In this document: positions 25,698 to 39,407 of the stretch, piece by piece | How positions within the stretch are numbered: position 1 is the stretch's first letter | Layout of the letters: each line of letters begins with the position of its first letter | Source of the DNA: Lama guanicoe | Taxonomy: Eukaryota | Direction: 5' to 3' | Length of the DNA: 64,000 nt | NCBI GenBank assembly: GCA_013239625.1 | Contig: MU054187.1 | Span: forward strand, 7,389,757-7,453,756 | Translations under genes and position numbers: made by a program | Notes under the pieces: generated by a model | Databases searched by the model: none | Seen by the model: the letters and a program-made list of their open reading frames with translations, nothing else | What the model was told of the DNA's origin: nothing

Positions 25698-28249
25698 GTA
25701 AGAATACGGTAATTTTTTGTGTGTAGGGTCTTTTTATTGGGGTGGTGTGCATGGAGGCTATTCTTTAATGCATTTTAGTATTACATTCTGAGTTTAAGAC
25801 CTGTGCTCTGAAGGAGACCAACCACTTGGGTTAAGAAACAACTACAGACACCTTTGAAGGCCTGGATATACCTTCCCAAGGGTAACTCTTATTCTGAATT
25901 CACTTCCTGTCTGCTTTTCTGACTTCTTAGGTGGTAAAGGTCATTGAGTTCTGTTCACCAAAGCTCAGTGAGTTCTGCATTTGTAATTGAGCAGACTTAA
26001 TTAGCTGGGTGGGGGTTCTCATCACTAATCTTAAAACATTGATTTTATGGGAAAATGAGTTTGAGATAGCTTTTAAATAAATGTTTGAATATTACTCATT
26101 TTGTATTGATGAGAAATAAAATGTTTTCCCCCAAGACTTCTGAGGCATTTTTATAATTTGTACATTTAAAGACTTGTACAGAATATACTAAGGTTTTTTA
26201 CTTTAGGAAGCTAGCTTAGCACTGAGAAGACATGGGTTTTAGATTTAGACTCTGCAGAAATTGATTTTTAATTCTCTTATTTACCCACTGGGAGATCGAG
26301 GGAGTTTTCTCCGGAAGTTACTACACACTGCTTGCGTCAGATTGGCCAGGCTTTGATCACAGCACCCAGAGCAGGTTGAGGATATGTTTTCTGTTGTAAA
26401 CTACAAAAGTAAATTGTGGAGTCCTATTTTAGGGAGGAAGGAATGGATGAAGTAGGCAACTAGCAGATTTTTTTCATAGACAATATATTTAAATTTCAAA
26501 TAAAGTAGGACTAAAGTTAGAAGCTTCTCCAGTAAATTATGTTGGTTACTATGGAAAGCTTCTATGTAGAGATTAAGATAAAGCAGGAACTTTGTGTACC
26601 AAAGATCAGTGATTCTGTGTATGAACCTAAGTACCTTGTGGCTTCTTACTCTGTGCAGAAGGAACGATTTCAAATAATCCTCACTGCTGAATAATGTTGA
26701 AATAATGATCCTAGAGCAGTAGATTCCAGAACTTAGACATGTATCAGGCTGCTTCCTGCAAATGCAGATTCTTGAGGCCACTCCTTATTTGGTAAGGGAC
26801 CTGATCGAGTGCGAGAACCTCAGATGATTTTCGTGCCAGTGTACTGCTTACTGTACTGAATTGTTAGAAGCTTTGCTTTGTAATAGTACAGATGGCTGTT
26901 AAAAGCCCTCCTCAACCTTTTAAATGAATTGCTGAATATAATTGAGTTTTCTCCAGGTTCAATGTGGGAGATGAGGGGAAAAGGATCAAAAATAGCTTTA
27001 GATTGAGTAAATGGTCATTTGCCATTACAAATAGTGAAATCAGGAGAAATGATTTGCAGTGAGGAAGGTGGAATGCAGGTGAAGATTTCATTTTAGGATA
27101 TGCTGATTTTATGATGCTTTTGAGAAATACAGACCGTGAAATAAATCTGATTGGCAGTTAAATGTGGGAGTCAGATTTGGGAGCTTTTTGTTTTTAAACA
27201 GTTGATTCCGTGAAAGACGAGCTTACTCAGGGAAAAAAGATGCATGGCAAGAAAATGTTCGTCAATTCTTCTTCCTCCCACAGCTAAGGAGAGGTCAGTG
27301 ACCTTTGTGTGTCTTCCCACATTTCTTCAATAGCCAGACTGAAAATTTATCCTAGCTTTTTTCTTTTTTTAATTATATAATTGTCTCAGGAATTGAGAGT
27401 TACATATTGTTTGGTAATCATATATATAACAATTTAAACTTTATATTTTTAAATTTTAAAATTTCATATTGTTTCATGGCTTACTCCCCGTCGTCTTATG
27501 TCTAAACCCACCTTTGACATTTTTATTTTGAATCATAAGTTGTTTTACTATGATTTTTTTTTAAGAAAGAGTAATTTGGTGATATATTTATTAAGCCCTT
27601 CTATATCCAAAAAATGCCTTTCTTTGGCCATGGTATGTAAACAGCAGTTTTATCTGGATGTAGAATTGTTGGGTCACAGTCTTTTCATTCAGGCTTTACT
27701 TTAGTTTTCTATTTATAGTACATTATTTATAGTTTTATATTATGGAGAAGTCTGAAGGCAGCCTAAATTTTTCTTTCTTTGGAAATAACTATTTCTGTCT
27801 GTGTGCACAAAATTTATTCTTTCCATTGAACATGTATGTGGAATGTGTACGAAATGGATCTCTTAGAATTTTCCTTATTCCTTCATCTATAGCCCAAGAT
27901 TTTTTTTTATTTTGTTTTCATGTTTCTAGTAATGTGTAAAAACTATATTGAGACCTTGCCCTTGAGTGCCATTGGTTCATTGGTTTTTATCTTTATTATT
28001 TTTCTTTATTTTGGAGAATTTCCCAAATTTGAATTTCCATGTCTTTGGCTTGATTTGCTTTGTGTTGATTCTGTGATGAGTGAGGTTTTGTGTTCTTCAG
28101 TGACAGTTTGCTTACATTGTCACATCTAGCGCTCCCTTCACATCTGTTGCTTTCTTACCTGAAGGTCCTTTGATCTAGAATCCATTTGATTTTATTGAGC
28201 ACAAAGATGTCTGTTTAGAGTGTATTTCTGCTTCCTATAATTATCAGTT

Positions 28250-28730
28250 TTAGGAAAAATAACTAACTCAATAGAAAAATGGGCAAAAGTTATTAGATAA
28301 TCTTTTCATGAAAGAGGAAATAAATATGACTAATAAGTATATAAAAAGGTATTTAATCTTACTAATATTCAGGAAGTGCAGGTCCAGACTATAATGAGAA
28401 AGTCTTTTATATCCACTCATTTGGCAAAATTAAGAAATTTGATAATATCAAGTATTGGGAGAGACTGTAGACCAACAAAATGTCTCACACTATTGTAGAT
28501 GGGAGCATTAAATTGATACAGCCACATGGGCATGTAGTTTTGCATTTTTTTTTTATAAAGCTAAACATTTCAGTACCTTATGATTAGCAGTTCTCCTCCA
28601 GAATATATTTCTAAGAAAAGTTTCCCACATACCCCAGAACACATATGAAAATGTTCTGAGGAGCACAGTTGATAATAGTAAAAAAACAAAAACAAAACAG
28701 GGAACAACTCAAATGGCCATCAGCAGGAAC
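28250..28730 (+). mobile_element. Old L1 (L1ME-type) fragment
   Basis: CAATAGAAAAATGGGCAAAAG...TTGGCAAAATT..GATAATATCAAGTATTGG...AAACAACTCAAATGGCCATCAGCAGG. Confidence 0.75.
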
Positions 28731-28764
28731 ATGTTTTTGCTTTATATTTTTTTGAGCAAGTTGA

Positions 28765-28918
28765 TTTTTTATGGAGTAGGAGGAGATAATTAGGTATTTA
28801 ATTAATATTTATGTATGTATGTATGTATGTATGTATGTGGGGGGGCGGTATTGGGGATTGAACCCAGGACCTCATGCTTACTGAGCATTCTCTCTACCAC
28901 TTAGCTCTGCCCTCCCCC
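28765..28918 (-). mobile_element. tRNA-derived SINE with (TATG)n tail and target-site duplication
   Basis: GGGGATTGAACCCAGGACCTC...CTCTACCACTTAGCT; TSD TTTTTGAGCAAGTTGA (28749-28764) / TTTTTGAACAATTTGA (28919-28934). Confidence 0.88.
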
Positions 28919-31900
28919 TTTTTGAACAATTTGAGAGTACATTTCATACATCATGGCTCTTTACCCCCAAAAAGTATAGTGTGTATTTTTTCTTGTAGTA
29001 TAAGATCCAGGCTAAGATTAGAAAAACAGTTTTGAATAGTAAGAACAGTTTTAGAAGGTTTATACTAATCTGAGTTCAAAATCTTTGCCTTCCCCAAGTT
29101 TGAGAAGATTTTTTTCCTATACTTTATAGAAGTCTATAAGCTATAAAAGTTTTGTAGTTTAAAATTTTACATTTAGATTTGTGGTTACTGTAGCTTGCTT
29201 TCATTTCTCTTAATGTGTTCATATTTTTCTTTTAAATTCTTGAACCTGCTTGTGATAGCAGACAAGAACTTTAAAAAGCTAACTTCATCTTGTCATTGTT
29301 GGGTTGTTTTTATTGACTGATTTTTTTTTCCTCTGGTTATTTTGGCAATGGAGGAATTCCCCAGCTTGCTTTGCCAGCACAGCACCCTATGGAGGAGCTG
29401 ACCAGACATATCCTGTCTGGTTATTTAAAACTTGGAAAGTCAGGCTCTCTATTTTAGAGTGAGGGGTAGTTGTGAGACTTAAAACTGCAGGAACAGTCCA
29501 TGCCAGCTATTGTAGTATTTGTAAAGTTCTTCATTCTTAGATTTGGGCATGTAATTTTGATACATTTGATTAAAATCAAGCTTGATGAAAAGACAACTGA
29601 GACAAACCCTCTAAAAAGAAATAGGTAATTCAGAGAGCAGAACATCATTTATACAACTAAATTTGACTTGCTAGGATTCATATGTAAGAAAAAGAAAACC
29701 AGAAAGTGTTCTTGGTAATGAAAGATGATTGTCAGTTTTTTTTAATTATTTTTTTGTAAGCAAGTGGATTAATAGAATGTTAATTTTTAGATCCAGTTAA
29801 TGATCTGGAATTTCAAATTAAAGAAATTTCCAAATGTGGAGCAATAGAGATGAAAAGTTTAAGAGGTGAAAGATGCGGTAAAGGAGGTCCACTGTTTCTA
29901 AAGGAGTCTTTGAAAAGAGAGTACAAGAGAAGCAGTCAAAGGGAAGAAAGAGTAAAGAAAAATTTCCAGTGCCAAAAGATAAGCATTTTCAGAAGGAATT
30001 GGCTCACTGAGTAACCAGTAGGATTATTTAAAATTTTAAAAGGAGAAAAAGACTAGATAAAGAGACAAGCTTTCTAAGCAGAAGACAAATTAGCTAAAGT
30101 CACTACAAAGGAGAGAGAATCTATTATCACAATTCTCTAATCCACAACTCTGGACACATATATAAAATGTTATCTTGTAGTGTAGGGCCATAGGGAATAG
30201 AATTTTGAAGATGAGTGTCAAATTATATCAGTGAGGGGGGAGTGCAAAGTAGAGGGCTCAGCTTTGTGAGAAACTTGAGGAATTTCAGCAGAATGAAAAG
30301 GAATTCAAGAAAGATAGTAGTACCTGGTAGCTGGATATACTAGAACAAATCTCTCTCAACAGGGACTCTGTCTGCATTCTGAGACAGGTCTTCTTTGTGC
30401 ACAGTGGGTTTCAGGACTCTGCATCTCTCTCTCTGCTCTGTCTGCTAAGTGGCATTGCGGTCTTTGAAGCCTGACACAGGACAGGAGCCCTTGGTTGGGA
30501 AGCACTGACCCTGGAGATGCCCTGTGAGAACAGGACTTGATTTATTCTTTGCTGAATCCCTATCACCTGATGCTCCGCACATTGTAGGTGTTTATTAAAC
30601 ATTTGTTAAATGAGTAAATTCTTTGAAGAATCTCTTTCCTTTTGTAAAGTTTGAATCATAGACTTTTTATTTATCGGTTTAATTACTTTATGTAGGAACT
30701 GATACTTGATCGTTCAAGTTACATAGTAAAAGCTGCCCATTGGTTTTTCCATTTGTAGAAATGGACAATAGTACCTAAAAGATTTAATTATAGTTAGAAC
30801 AAAATATTATGAGATGGTGTGGGAAGGAAAGGTAAACAAATGCACAGATTTTTCTCATCTTTTCAAAGGTAACAATTGTTGAAAGATTATAATTGTATAT
30901 CAAGCAATTGTTTGAAGTCATAAGGATTGTCACTAGAAATAAACATAGAGTGAGTTCTCGTGTGAGGAGGGAGGAGAAGATTACATTCATTGTGATAGAT
31001 TGCTTATCAGATACAGTGGGAATTGCTCGTGTCTAAATTGAAAAATCGGGTAATGTACGTATTAGTGTGCTACTTAAAGTTACAATGGTAACCTGTCAGG
31101 AACTTAAAATAGAAAGAACTAGAAGAGGATAGGGGAGGTTTTACTTCATCACTTTAACTTGTAGTTACATCACTTCTAACAATAAAGCTAGTTTAATTAG
31201 AAAATAAAGAAAACAAAGAACTAATAATGACCTAAGTATATTTGTCCCGAAGTAGTCTACATAGCTGTAGAATCTGCTTTTGACTATTTAGATAACCTTT
31301 TGGTGAAATTTTACTTTTGTTGTACCAAATTAAACAAGTGTATTTTTTCATTCTTATAAATCCTTATTGCTTAGGAAACATTTTGAGGTGAGATTTTTAG
31401 TTTAATAGCTCTTTTCATTCCATATAGGAATAATTAGTGTTCTTAGGTCCCTGTTATTTTGAGATAAACTTCTAAAATTTGGCATTTACCTATTCCCTTA
31501 AAAAAGAGATGAAGCCCTGCAGCTTATGCAGAAACAAGCAATGCATTGATCGTGATAAAATCCCTACTAAAGAGTTTTAATTTCTAGAATCCTCTCTGTA
31601 TTTCAGTCATGTATGCTATTTTATATCATTGGCTATTTCCAAAGTAAATTTTAGTTCCTGATGCATAGTTTTTTTCACAATTGGAATAATTTTGATTCTG
31701 AAATGAGATGATTTTAGGTCTGTCTCAAAGTAATCAAGTTTATGTTAATATACAAGAAATTACTTAATAGTTACACCTGTGGACAACAGTAAGCATTTTC
31801 CTGAAAGTTCTATGCTGCTTTTTCTCAAGTAGAACATTTAGTTTAATGCTTTCCCATTAATCAGATAACAGTTCTTAGGATCAAGAATGGGTTGAATATC

Positions 31901-32500
31901 TATTTGACTGCCTTTTAGTAAACTGTTTTATGGTTGCAGGTGTCTGTTGGTGAGTTGACTATAATTAACAAAAATTAAATTTATTATATAAACTCTTGCT
32001 TTCCCTTTGAGCTTCACTGTAAAATTTGAAGAATATTTCTCTGGAAATAGTTTTTGGCACAGGATGTATCACACTTAATAGAATAAATTTGTATTAGATA
32101 TTTAAGGGAGTAATCCTCTGATGAGACATTGCGTCATATTTTGAATAGTCAAGATGACTCTGTTTTTATGTAGTAATGCTCTATTCTGAACTTGGTAAGT
32201 ATTCTTTATAAGCCAGAGGTGGGAAGAAGGTACTTCAGTTAGCATTTTATAACATTGATTTTTTTTCCCCCTCAGATTAATTTTGTTGCCCCGTAGGAGA
32301 GTCAATAGTGGCTATGTTAAGTTCCGATGACGATAAAGAACTTAGTGAATTTTTAGGAAAAGAATTAACTGTAGTTTATTGGGTAAATCATAGCTCTTTG
32401 GGAGAGGTTTCTTTCCAATCTATTATGGTGTGAATAGTCATCGTTAAATTGAATGCTATTTCAATTAGCGTTTGAATTAGCAACCACAAATGCATGATTC

Positions 32501-32633
32501 CAGTCAGCCCTGCGTATCCGTGGGTGTGGAACCTATGGATACAGAGGGCCAACTGAAGGGACTTGAGTATCCTCAGATTTTGATATCCACAGGGTCCTGG
32601 AACCAGTTCCCTGCAGATCCTGAGGGGCGATTT
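32501..32633 (-). mobile_element. Short MER2/Tigger-type MITE (internally deleted)
   Basis: CAGTCAGCCCTGCGTATCCGTGGG...GGGACTTGAGTATCCTCAGATTTTTGATATCC..GGGTCCTGGAACCA is the reverse complement of MER2 ends. Confidence 0.75.
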
Positions 32634-34724
32634 TACTTCAGGAACATACATGTTTAACTTTAACTGAATGTGAGAAGTTTCAGGAAGTAACTTAAATTAC
32701 TGAATTATCTTCCCTGTTTACATAATAGTTTATTTTGAAAGTTTGACATGCATGTTCTTAATTTAGAACTTTAATAACTATATTGCACTGTAATTTCTGA
32801 GTGAAATTGGTTTTACTGTTTCTTAGCAGAAAACTTGGAATATTTTGAAAGGTGTTTCAAATCTAGTATCTTTAACATGTGATACTCTTAATTTGCATTT
32901 GAAATAACATAAGAGAATGGAAAAAAGATGGGATATATAGTAAAAGGTGTAGGAAGTAAAAAAGCTACAGGTGACAGCTCCACTTGTGAACAACAGTCTG
33001 GAGCGTTATCACTTTCCTGTTATTTTCATTTTGTCCAAAATCTCTCTCCACAATAGGGTTTGTGTGTTAATTCCTGTGCTTGGCTTTAACACTATCACCA
33101 GGTCCCAGATCAGTCTTTTTTTTTTTCCCCTGAGAATTCTAGCATGTATCTTATATTTGAGTCAACCTTTATCATTATATATTTAGATCCTGCAAGTCCT
33201 TTTCTTAACTATGTTCCCTTATTCATTCAGCAGATAAATTAAAGACTGTCAGTAAGCCGTCCAAGATAAATAGCCCTTTTTTTGGTAAAACTCATAGTTC
33301 TTGGAGAGACAAACATAATTTCTCTCAGTAAAATTTTGTAGTTTTCACTGTTGAGGACCTGAATGTCTCTTACTGGATTTACTGCTAAGTATTTTATATT
33401 TTTTTAGTGCTATTGGAAATGTAATTTTTAGTTTTCCCAGTTGTTTGCTCCTGGTTTATAGAAATGTCCTGTGTCGTGCGTGTGAACATGCTAAATTCAC
33501 TTACGAGTTCCAGTAGTTCTAATAAAACATCCTTAGGATTTTGTGCCTAACAATTATATCTGCGAATCGAGGTCCTTATCCTTTTTTCTTATAATTTTTT
33601 TATTTATATAGTATTACTTAAACATAAAATTCAGTGAAAACTCTAACCAAAATGAGACTCCGGAAAAACAAAAAGTTAATTTAGTGTGGTAAGTGATGTT
33701 ATTTTGCTGAAACTAAATCACAGCTCAAAGCATGAATTAGTCCTAAGTCTTAGGACCGTGTTTTTTACTCTCCTGTGGACCACTGAAAACTGGCCTGTGT
33801 TATGACTGTCCTCTACCATTTTTCACTATTTGAACTTCATCCTGACTCTTCCATTTTACAGTACAGTCTGAGGTTATTTGATCTTTCGTACAGATGAATA
33901 GTTCAGATATTATTAGACTGCATCTGTTCTTTTCTTAAACCTGACATAACTTCTTTATTTTATAAATGCAAACGTGGGCATGGCAGTCTTATAAAGCAGT
34001 TCTCTATTACAGTGTGGTCATGCAGAGGATCTGAAATGTTAGCGTCTCACTTACATGGAAACATAAGTTTAAAAAATGTAAAGAATTGATTTTCAAAAAC
34101 AACCTTCACAGCATACGTTTTGTTCTTTCCCTTGATGATCTGTTGGTTTTGAATTTATTTTACTTTGCAGAATTGGTCTGTTTCCTTTACACTCTGTCTT
34201 TTGCTCTCTTAATGCAAAAGGATCCGTCCTGTTCTTGGGACAGTGCCTGTCAGAAGCTTGTCTCAGTATTAGAGCACTTCAGTGGCTCTGGACAAATGTT
34301 CAGGATTTTGAACGGCTGGGGGGTTTTGTCCATCTCTTACTGCCCTTCTTCTGCTCTTTAGCCTGAATCTTTCCAGTCTTGTCAGCCAACCTATGCAGAA
34401 TTCATTCCTGGTAAGTCATTAATTTTTCTGAAGAATTGAATATATTATATATTTCAGTTTTAGTCATTGTTCAGCTATAAACTTTATCTTGAAACATGCA
34501 CTTTTCTTTAAAATTAAAATTATAGCCTGATATTTCATTAGTTTTAGCTTTGGGGCAGAATTTAAGTAACACTTTTATCCTCAGAAACAATAAAAAGAGA
34601 AGCAGAGAAGCCATTAAAATAACAATATCCTGTAGATCATATGTGTATTTCATATTTCTACAGCCATATGATATTTAATATGATATTTAAAGGCTGTGAT
34701 TTTCTAATTTTTATTATGGTTTTT

Positions 34725-35340
34725 TAAAAACTTTATCTTGAAACAATTTAGATTTACAGAAATGTGGCAAAGGTAATATGGGAAAATTTTTAATATCCTT
34801 TATTTAGTTTTCTCCTAATATAACATCTACATAATTATATTTATCCAAACTAAGGGATTAACATTGGTATAATACTGTTAACTAAACTACAGACTTTTTT
34901 GGATTTCTTGTTTTCCCACTGATGTCTTGTATTTAAGATCTGGAACACAACTTTGCATTTAGTTGTCATGTCATCTTATTCTCCTTCAAGCCATGTCAGT
35001 TTCTCTGTCTTTCCTTTTCTCATGGCTTTAACAGTTTTGAAGACTGCTGATGGGGTGACCCTCAATGTTGCTTTCTCATGATTAGATTGAGGTTATGGGA
35101 TATTGGGAAGAATTACCACATACGTGATGTGTCCTTCTCATCTGATCATACATAACTTGTTACTGGTGCTGTTAACTTGATGTGGTTAAGCTGTCTGATA
35201 GGCTGGTAGGATTCTCCAGTGTCAATGTCCTTTTTTTTTTTTTTTTCTTCCTGCTCTGTTCTTAGAAGCAAAGTAGTATGTCCAGTCCACACTGTAAAGG
35301 GGGACCGTCAAGCCCCACATCATGCAAGGAGGAGGATCAA
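34725..35340 (-). mobile_element. L1MC-type 3' end fragment
   Basis: TTTAGATTTACAGAAATGTGGCAAAG...AACATTGGTATAATACT...TTGCATTTAGTTGTCATGTC...GATTAGATTGAGGTTATG. Confidence 0.75.
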
Positions 35341-36589
35341 GTAAAATTTTTTGTGGTTATTTAGCTCTTCTGTTTGTTCTTTTTCCTGCTTCTAGGATGT
35401 TCGTTTTGCCTTGGCTCTGTCCACCAGTTCTCTTATTTTTTTCTTTGTGATTTCCAGCTCGCTCTTCCTGCTCAGTAGTTTGAGATATTTCTTGGACTTA
35501 ATGTTTTACTCCCCAGAAGGGCAGTGAACATTTCCCTCTTTAATTCATCCACTCAAGTTTTTAGTTTGAAAATCAGATAGGTGTTGCTGACTCCTTCAGT
35601 ACTTCCATTTTATTGTATTTGTGTTCTAAGTGATATTCTCGTTTTCTTTCTCTATAGTGTGCCTTCTTAGATACGCAGTTGCTTTTTCCCTTGTGGCTCA
35701 TTTGGACTCAGGTCTGATTGCTGAAATATTGCTAGTAATGATAAACTTACAGATGATTAAAAGGAAACAAGTCATTTACCTGTAATGTTAAGGGCAAGCT
35801 GATGGCCTCTCTGAGGACACTAAAGAAAATTTTGTTTTCAGCTCTTTCCTAGCCTAGTTCTTAGCTCATCTGTTAAGCTGTGTCAGAAAGACATGGATTT
35901 GCAGGTAAACCTCCTTCCAGAGTTTGTCTCCACAGGTCAAGTTCTAGGTCTTGGCCTTAAGATCTCCAGTGCCTTTGCTCAGCTCCTGGTGAGGAAGAAT
36001 CCTTATGCCAGAGGCTCCAAAGCCCTGATCTTTAAATCCGCCTGGTTGAGACGTAGCTGTATTAATAGAAAAGGGAAGGGGGTTCTTCTGCAGATTGTTT
36101 TTTGAATTGTTAATCATTAAAAATAAAAGCTGAGTTTTGTGAATCATTTTGTAAAGTGTATCCTAAAGAGTGTACATAACCGAAGTGCTGCCTTCTGAAC
36201 TGTCGCCAGAGGCTTAGTCGTTTCCCAGGTGTGCTGGCCCACGGCTCCTTCTGTGCAATTCAGGTTTCCTTTCTCCCCTTGTAGCTGCCAACAAGACCCC
36301 AGCACATGTAATTGTGATGTCAGCTGTGTAATATGTACCTGGTTTTATAACAGCACTAGTTGTATCACTGATAGCTCACCATATCTTAAGTCTAGTATTT
36401 CTTGTCATCTGTAGCTGGATAGCATGCCCATTCTCATTATATTCAAATCAAATATTTATTTAATACTAACAGTATCAGGCACTGTTCTGGATATTGTTGA
36501 TATAAATGTCGGGGTGTTTTTCGTTTTTCTCCACAAAGGAGAGGTTTTGACGACCCTGTAGACTTCAGGAGGACTTGAGTTTTGTTGAT

Positions 36590-37060
36590 GGACATTTACC
36601 ATGCTGAGGACTTCAATCAAGTTTGTATCCTCATCCCAGACCTTTCCTTCTGTGTCCAGACTCATGTATCCAGTTGCCTGTTTGACATCTTCACTTAGTT
36701 GTCCAATAGGCATCTTAAATTTAACCCGACTCCTGTTTCTTCACCTGCCCAAAACCTTCTCCCTCTCTGTAGAGGGCACCACCGTCCTTCCAGTTACTTA
36801 GGCCAGTAACATTACACTCATGTGTGATACTTCTTTCACACCCATATCTGATCACTCTATCAGTAAATCTTGTTGGCTCTGCTTTCAAAATGTACCCCCA
36901 AATCCAGACACTTTTCAGCATTGTTCATTCTGGTGTAAAAGTTACTGTTACTGTTGTACTGGATGATGATGATGCTAGCCTTCTTACTGGGCTTCGTGCT
37001 CCTACGTTTGCTCCTCTCTGTATATGCTCTTACCGTCAAAACAGCTCGCAAGAGACCCTT
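36590..37060 (+). mobile_element. L2 fragment
   Basis: CCCAGACCTTTCC...CCAGACTCATGTATCCAGTTGCCTG..TGACATCTTCACTTAG..GTCCAATAGGCATCTTAAATTTAAC. Confidence 0.8.
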
Positions 37061-38484
37061 TTGTGGCAGGTGAGACTGGACTCAATTTTCTCATGCTTTT
37101 CTGCAGTTAGTATCAAAGTATTGCTAACCTCAAAATACTTACTAAGTATGTAGTGATTCTTTTATCTCTAACAGTGGTTTTTGCCTGAGTCTGTTTTATC
37201 TGATTTGAATATGGTTGATTCAGCCTTTATTTAGCTTGTTTTTCATTATTTTCAATTTGTGTCCTTATGTTTAAGATTAATTTCTTGTAAATCATATGTT
37301 ACTAAATCTTTCTTAAATTTAAATCTGAGCTGTTTCATTTTCATTGATGAACCTGTGTTTTTGATTGCTTGATATATATGTAAAAATGACATAAATGTAT
37401 ATTTCTGCCATTTTATAGTTTCTTTCTAGTTAACTTAGGTCTTTCAAGCTCCTCCCTCCCCTCTTTGCTGTCCTGTTGGATTGATGAAGTTTTTACAGTT
37501 TTCTTCTTTTCCTGTCTACTGAGTTAGAAGTTATGCATTATGTTCATAGATGTAATCTGTATATTTTATTGATTCAGTTAAAGGTGTCATAGTTTATTAC
37601 AGCTCAAACTGAAACAGCATCTCTAACTTCTATTTAAATAAAATATGATTCTCATTCATATATATATACCTGATCACCTCCCACTGATTAAACCTCTCTT
37701 TGTCTAATTTATCCTGAAGTAGCATTGCCCATTTTCCGTAGTTTTGGGGCTCTTCATGGAGCTGATGAATTTCTCTAGTTTTGATCAGTCATTTTATGGA
37801 GAAGAATGAACAGCGAGCTATTATCTCTTCTTTCTTTAAAACCTCTCTTCGTGTTTTATATCCAGCTAATTAAAGCAGGCGTCAACATTTCTTGCACAAA
37901 TCTGTTTCCTTCAGCTGAGAGCTAAATTTTCTTTATGTTTAGGCTGTTTTTTTTTAAAAGCTTTAGGGCCTTTGTAAAATTAGACTACAGCATCTTGGGT
38001 CCAAATTCTTTTTTTTGGTGTTTTTTTCCTTTGCTTATGTTGTTGGATTTTTGTTTTTTGTTTATCCTTTTGAAACATGATTAATTAGCTAGCTCTGTAT
38101 CTGTTTTCCGTTTTTGTTTTATTTGATTTCTCTAATTAAATTGAAAGTAGTTTCTTTAATTTGTTTAATTCTTTAATTTATGCTTACGGGTCTATAAAGT
38201 AATTTATTTGTAGTTACTGTGTGGTAGGACGTTTGTTAGCTTTCTGCATTAGATACAGTTATTCAAGTTCTAGGAATATAAGAATGAAAAAGGAATCTAG
38301 TAATAACTTAAAGTTCTCTTTGGAATTTAAAATACAATTTTCTGATGGTGTCACAGAGGATGGGACATTGATTTGACCATTTGCTAAGTATATAAATATT
38401 TATTATGGAACATATACTACTCATGAAAAATTGGAACAGGAGTAGTGAAACTAAAAATAGAGTGTCTTGTAATGTGTTAGACAC

Positions 38485-38652
38485 AAGTGGCTTTGAAGGT
38501 GTGGTCCTTGGAGCAGCAGGGTCAGGGTCCCCTGTGAATGTGTTGGAACTGCAGTCTCACAGGTCCAGCTTCAGGCCTTCGGGGCCCAGGAGGCAGTGTT
38601 CCCACAAGCTGCCCAGGTGATTCTGACACTGGCTGAAACTTGAGAACCAGTG
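38485..38652. mobile_element. MER5A hAT-Charlie element
   Basis: GTGTGGTCC..GCAGCA...GGGGCCCAG...CCCAGGTGATTCTGA...TTGAGAACCAGTG. Confidence 0.75.
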
Positions 38653-39383
38653 AGTTCCTCGTCACAACAGACGGCACACACAGGCTGCATGCTGCAGTCA
38701 CTTGATAGGCGTGCACAGTGCCGGGCAGCTGTTTTTTCAAGGACCAGTATTATAGGTTATTTGGTTAATAAACATCATGAAAATATCACTCAGTTAAACT
38801 TTTGTTCAAGGGGTTTCTGCTTTCTTAAAAGGAATTATTAAATAATAAGTATTACTATTTCTTGATGTGAAATTTATGCTGAGTGTGAGTATGATGTAAG
38901 GAAGCTTGTGATTGATGTTTGGAGGTTTTTTTTTTTTTAAACACTGAAAGCTTAATTTAATGCAGTTCTTTCCTTTTCCTCTTAACCTTACCTCAGCCAA
39001 GTTTTCAAATTGCTTCAGAGGACTTTTCGTCTGTCTGATACCTCAGCATCAAAAACTCACTGAAAGGGCAGGAAGGACATTACTGTAATATTCTCACCTT
39101 GGCAGAACTCTGGGGGAAAGCAGGGCTGTGGAAAGAGCCTGCGGTCTCCTGAACTAGGTTTTTGTTAGGATTTCTTTATTTTTAAGTGGTTTGTGGTGAC
39201 CCCACAGTGCTACTTAAAGAGAAGTCTTAAAGTCTTTAGGTGTTAGTAAATCATTTTTAACTAATTACTTGAGTTAGTATTGGAAGAACGTTTTGTGGAG
39301 ATGGTTTACGTTATATGTGAGTATAATTTAGATCGTTAAATAATGATGGTGTTTTGTTAAAGGTCTTTGTGTTTTTCTTTCAG

Positions 39384-39407
39384 GAGAGAAATAGAAACAA
39401 ACAATAA
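39384..39407 (+). CDS. YTHDF3: YTHDF3 coding exon 5 (ERNRNKQ*)
   Basis: Acceptor GTTTTTCTTTCAG ending 39383; GAG AGA AAT AGA AAC AAA CAA TAA is the known YTHDF3 C-terminus; corrected CDS 24+25+86+1599+24 = 1758 nt = 585 aa. Confidence 0.95.
   Translation, partial: ERNRNKQ

Noticed and set aside
24020..25712. Two separate genes, or a programmed frameshift, for ORFs 24020..25081 and 25026..25712
   Set aside because: Both are halves of one YTHDF3 exon. The shift sits exactly at a duplication junction and I see no slippery heptamer there.
25698..25712. C-terminus ...RRVRIR* in the ORF track
   Set aside because: Read-through into intron 4 past the AGG|GTAAGA donor; the true end is exon 5 (ERNRNKQ*).
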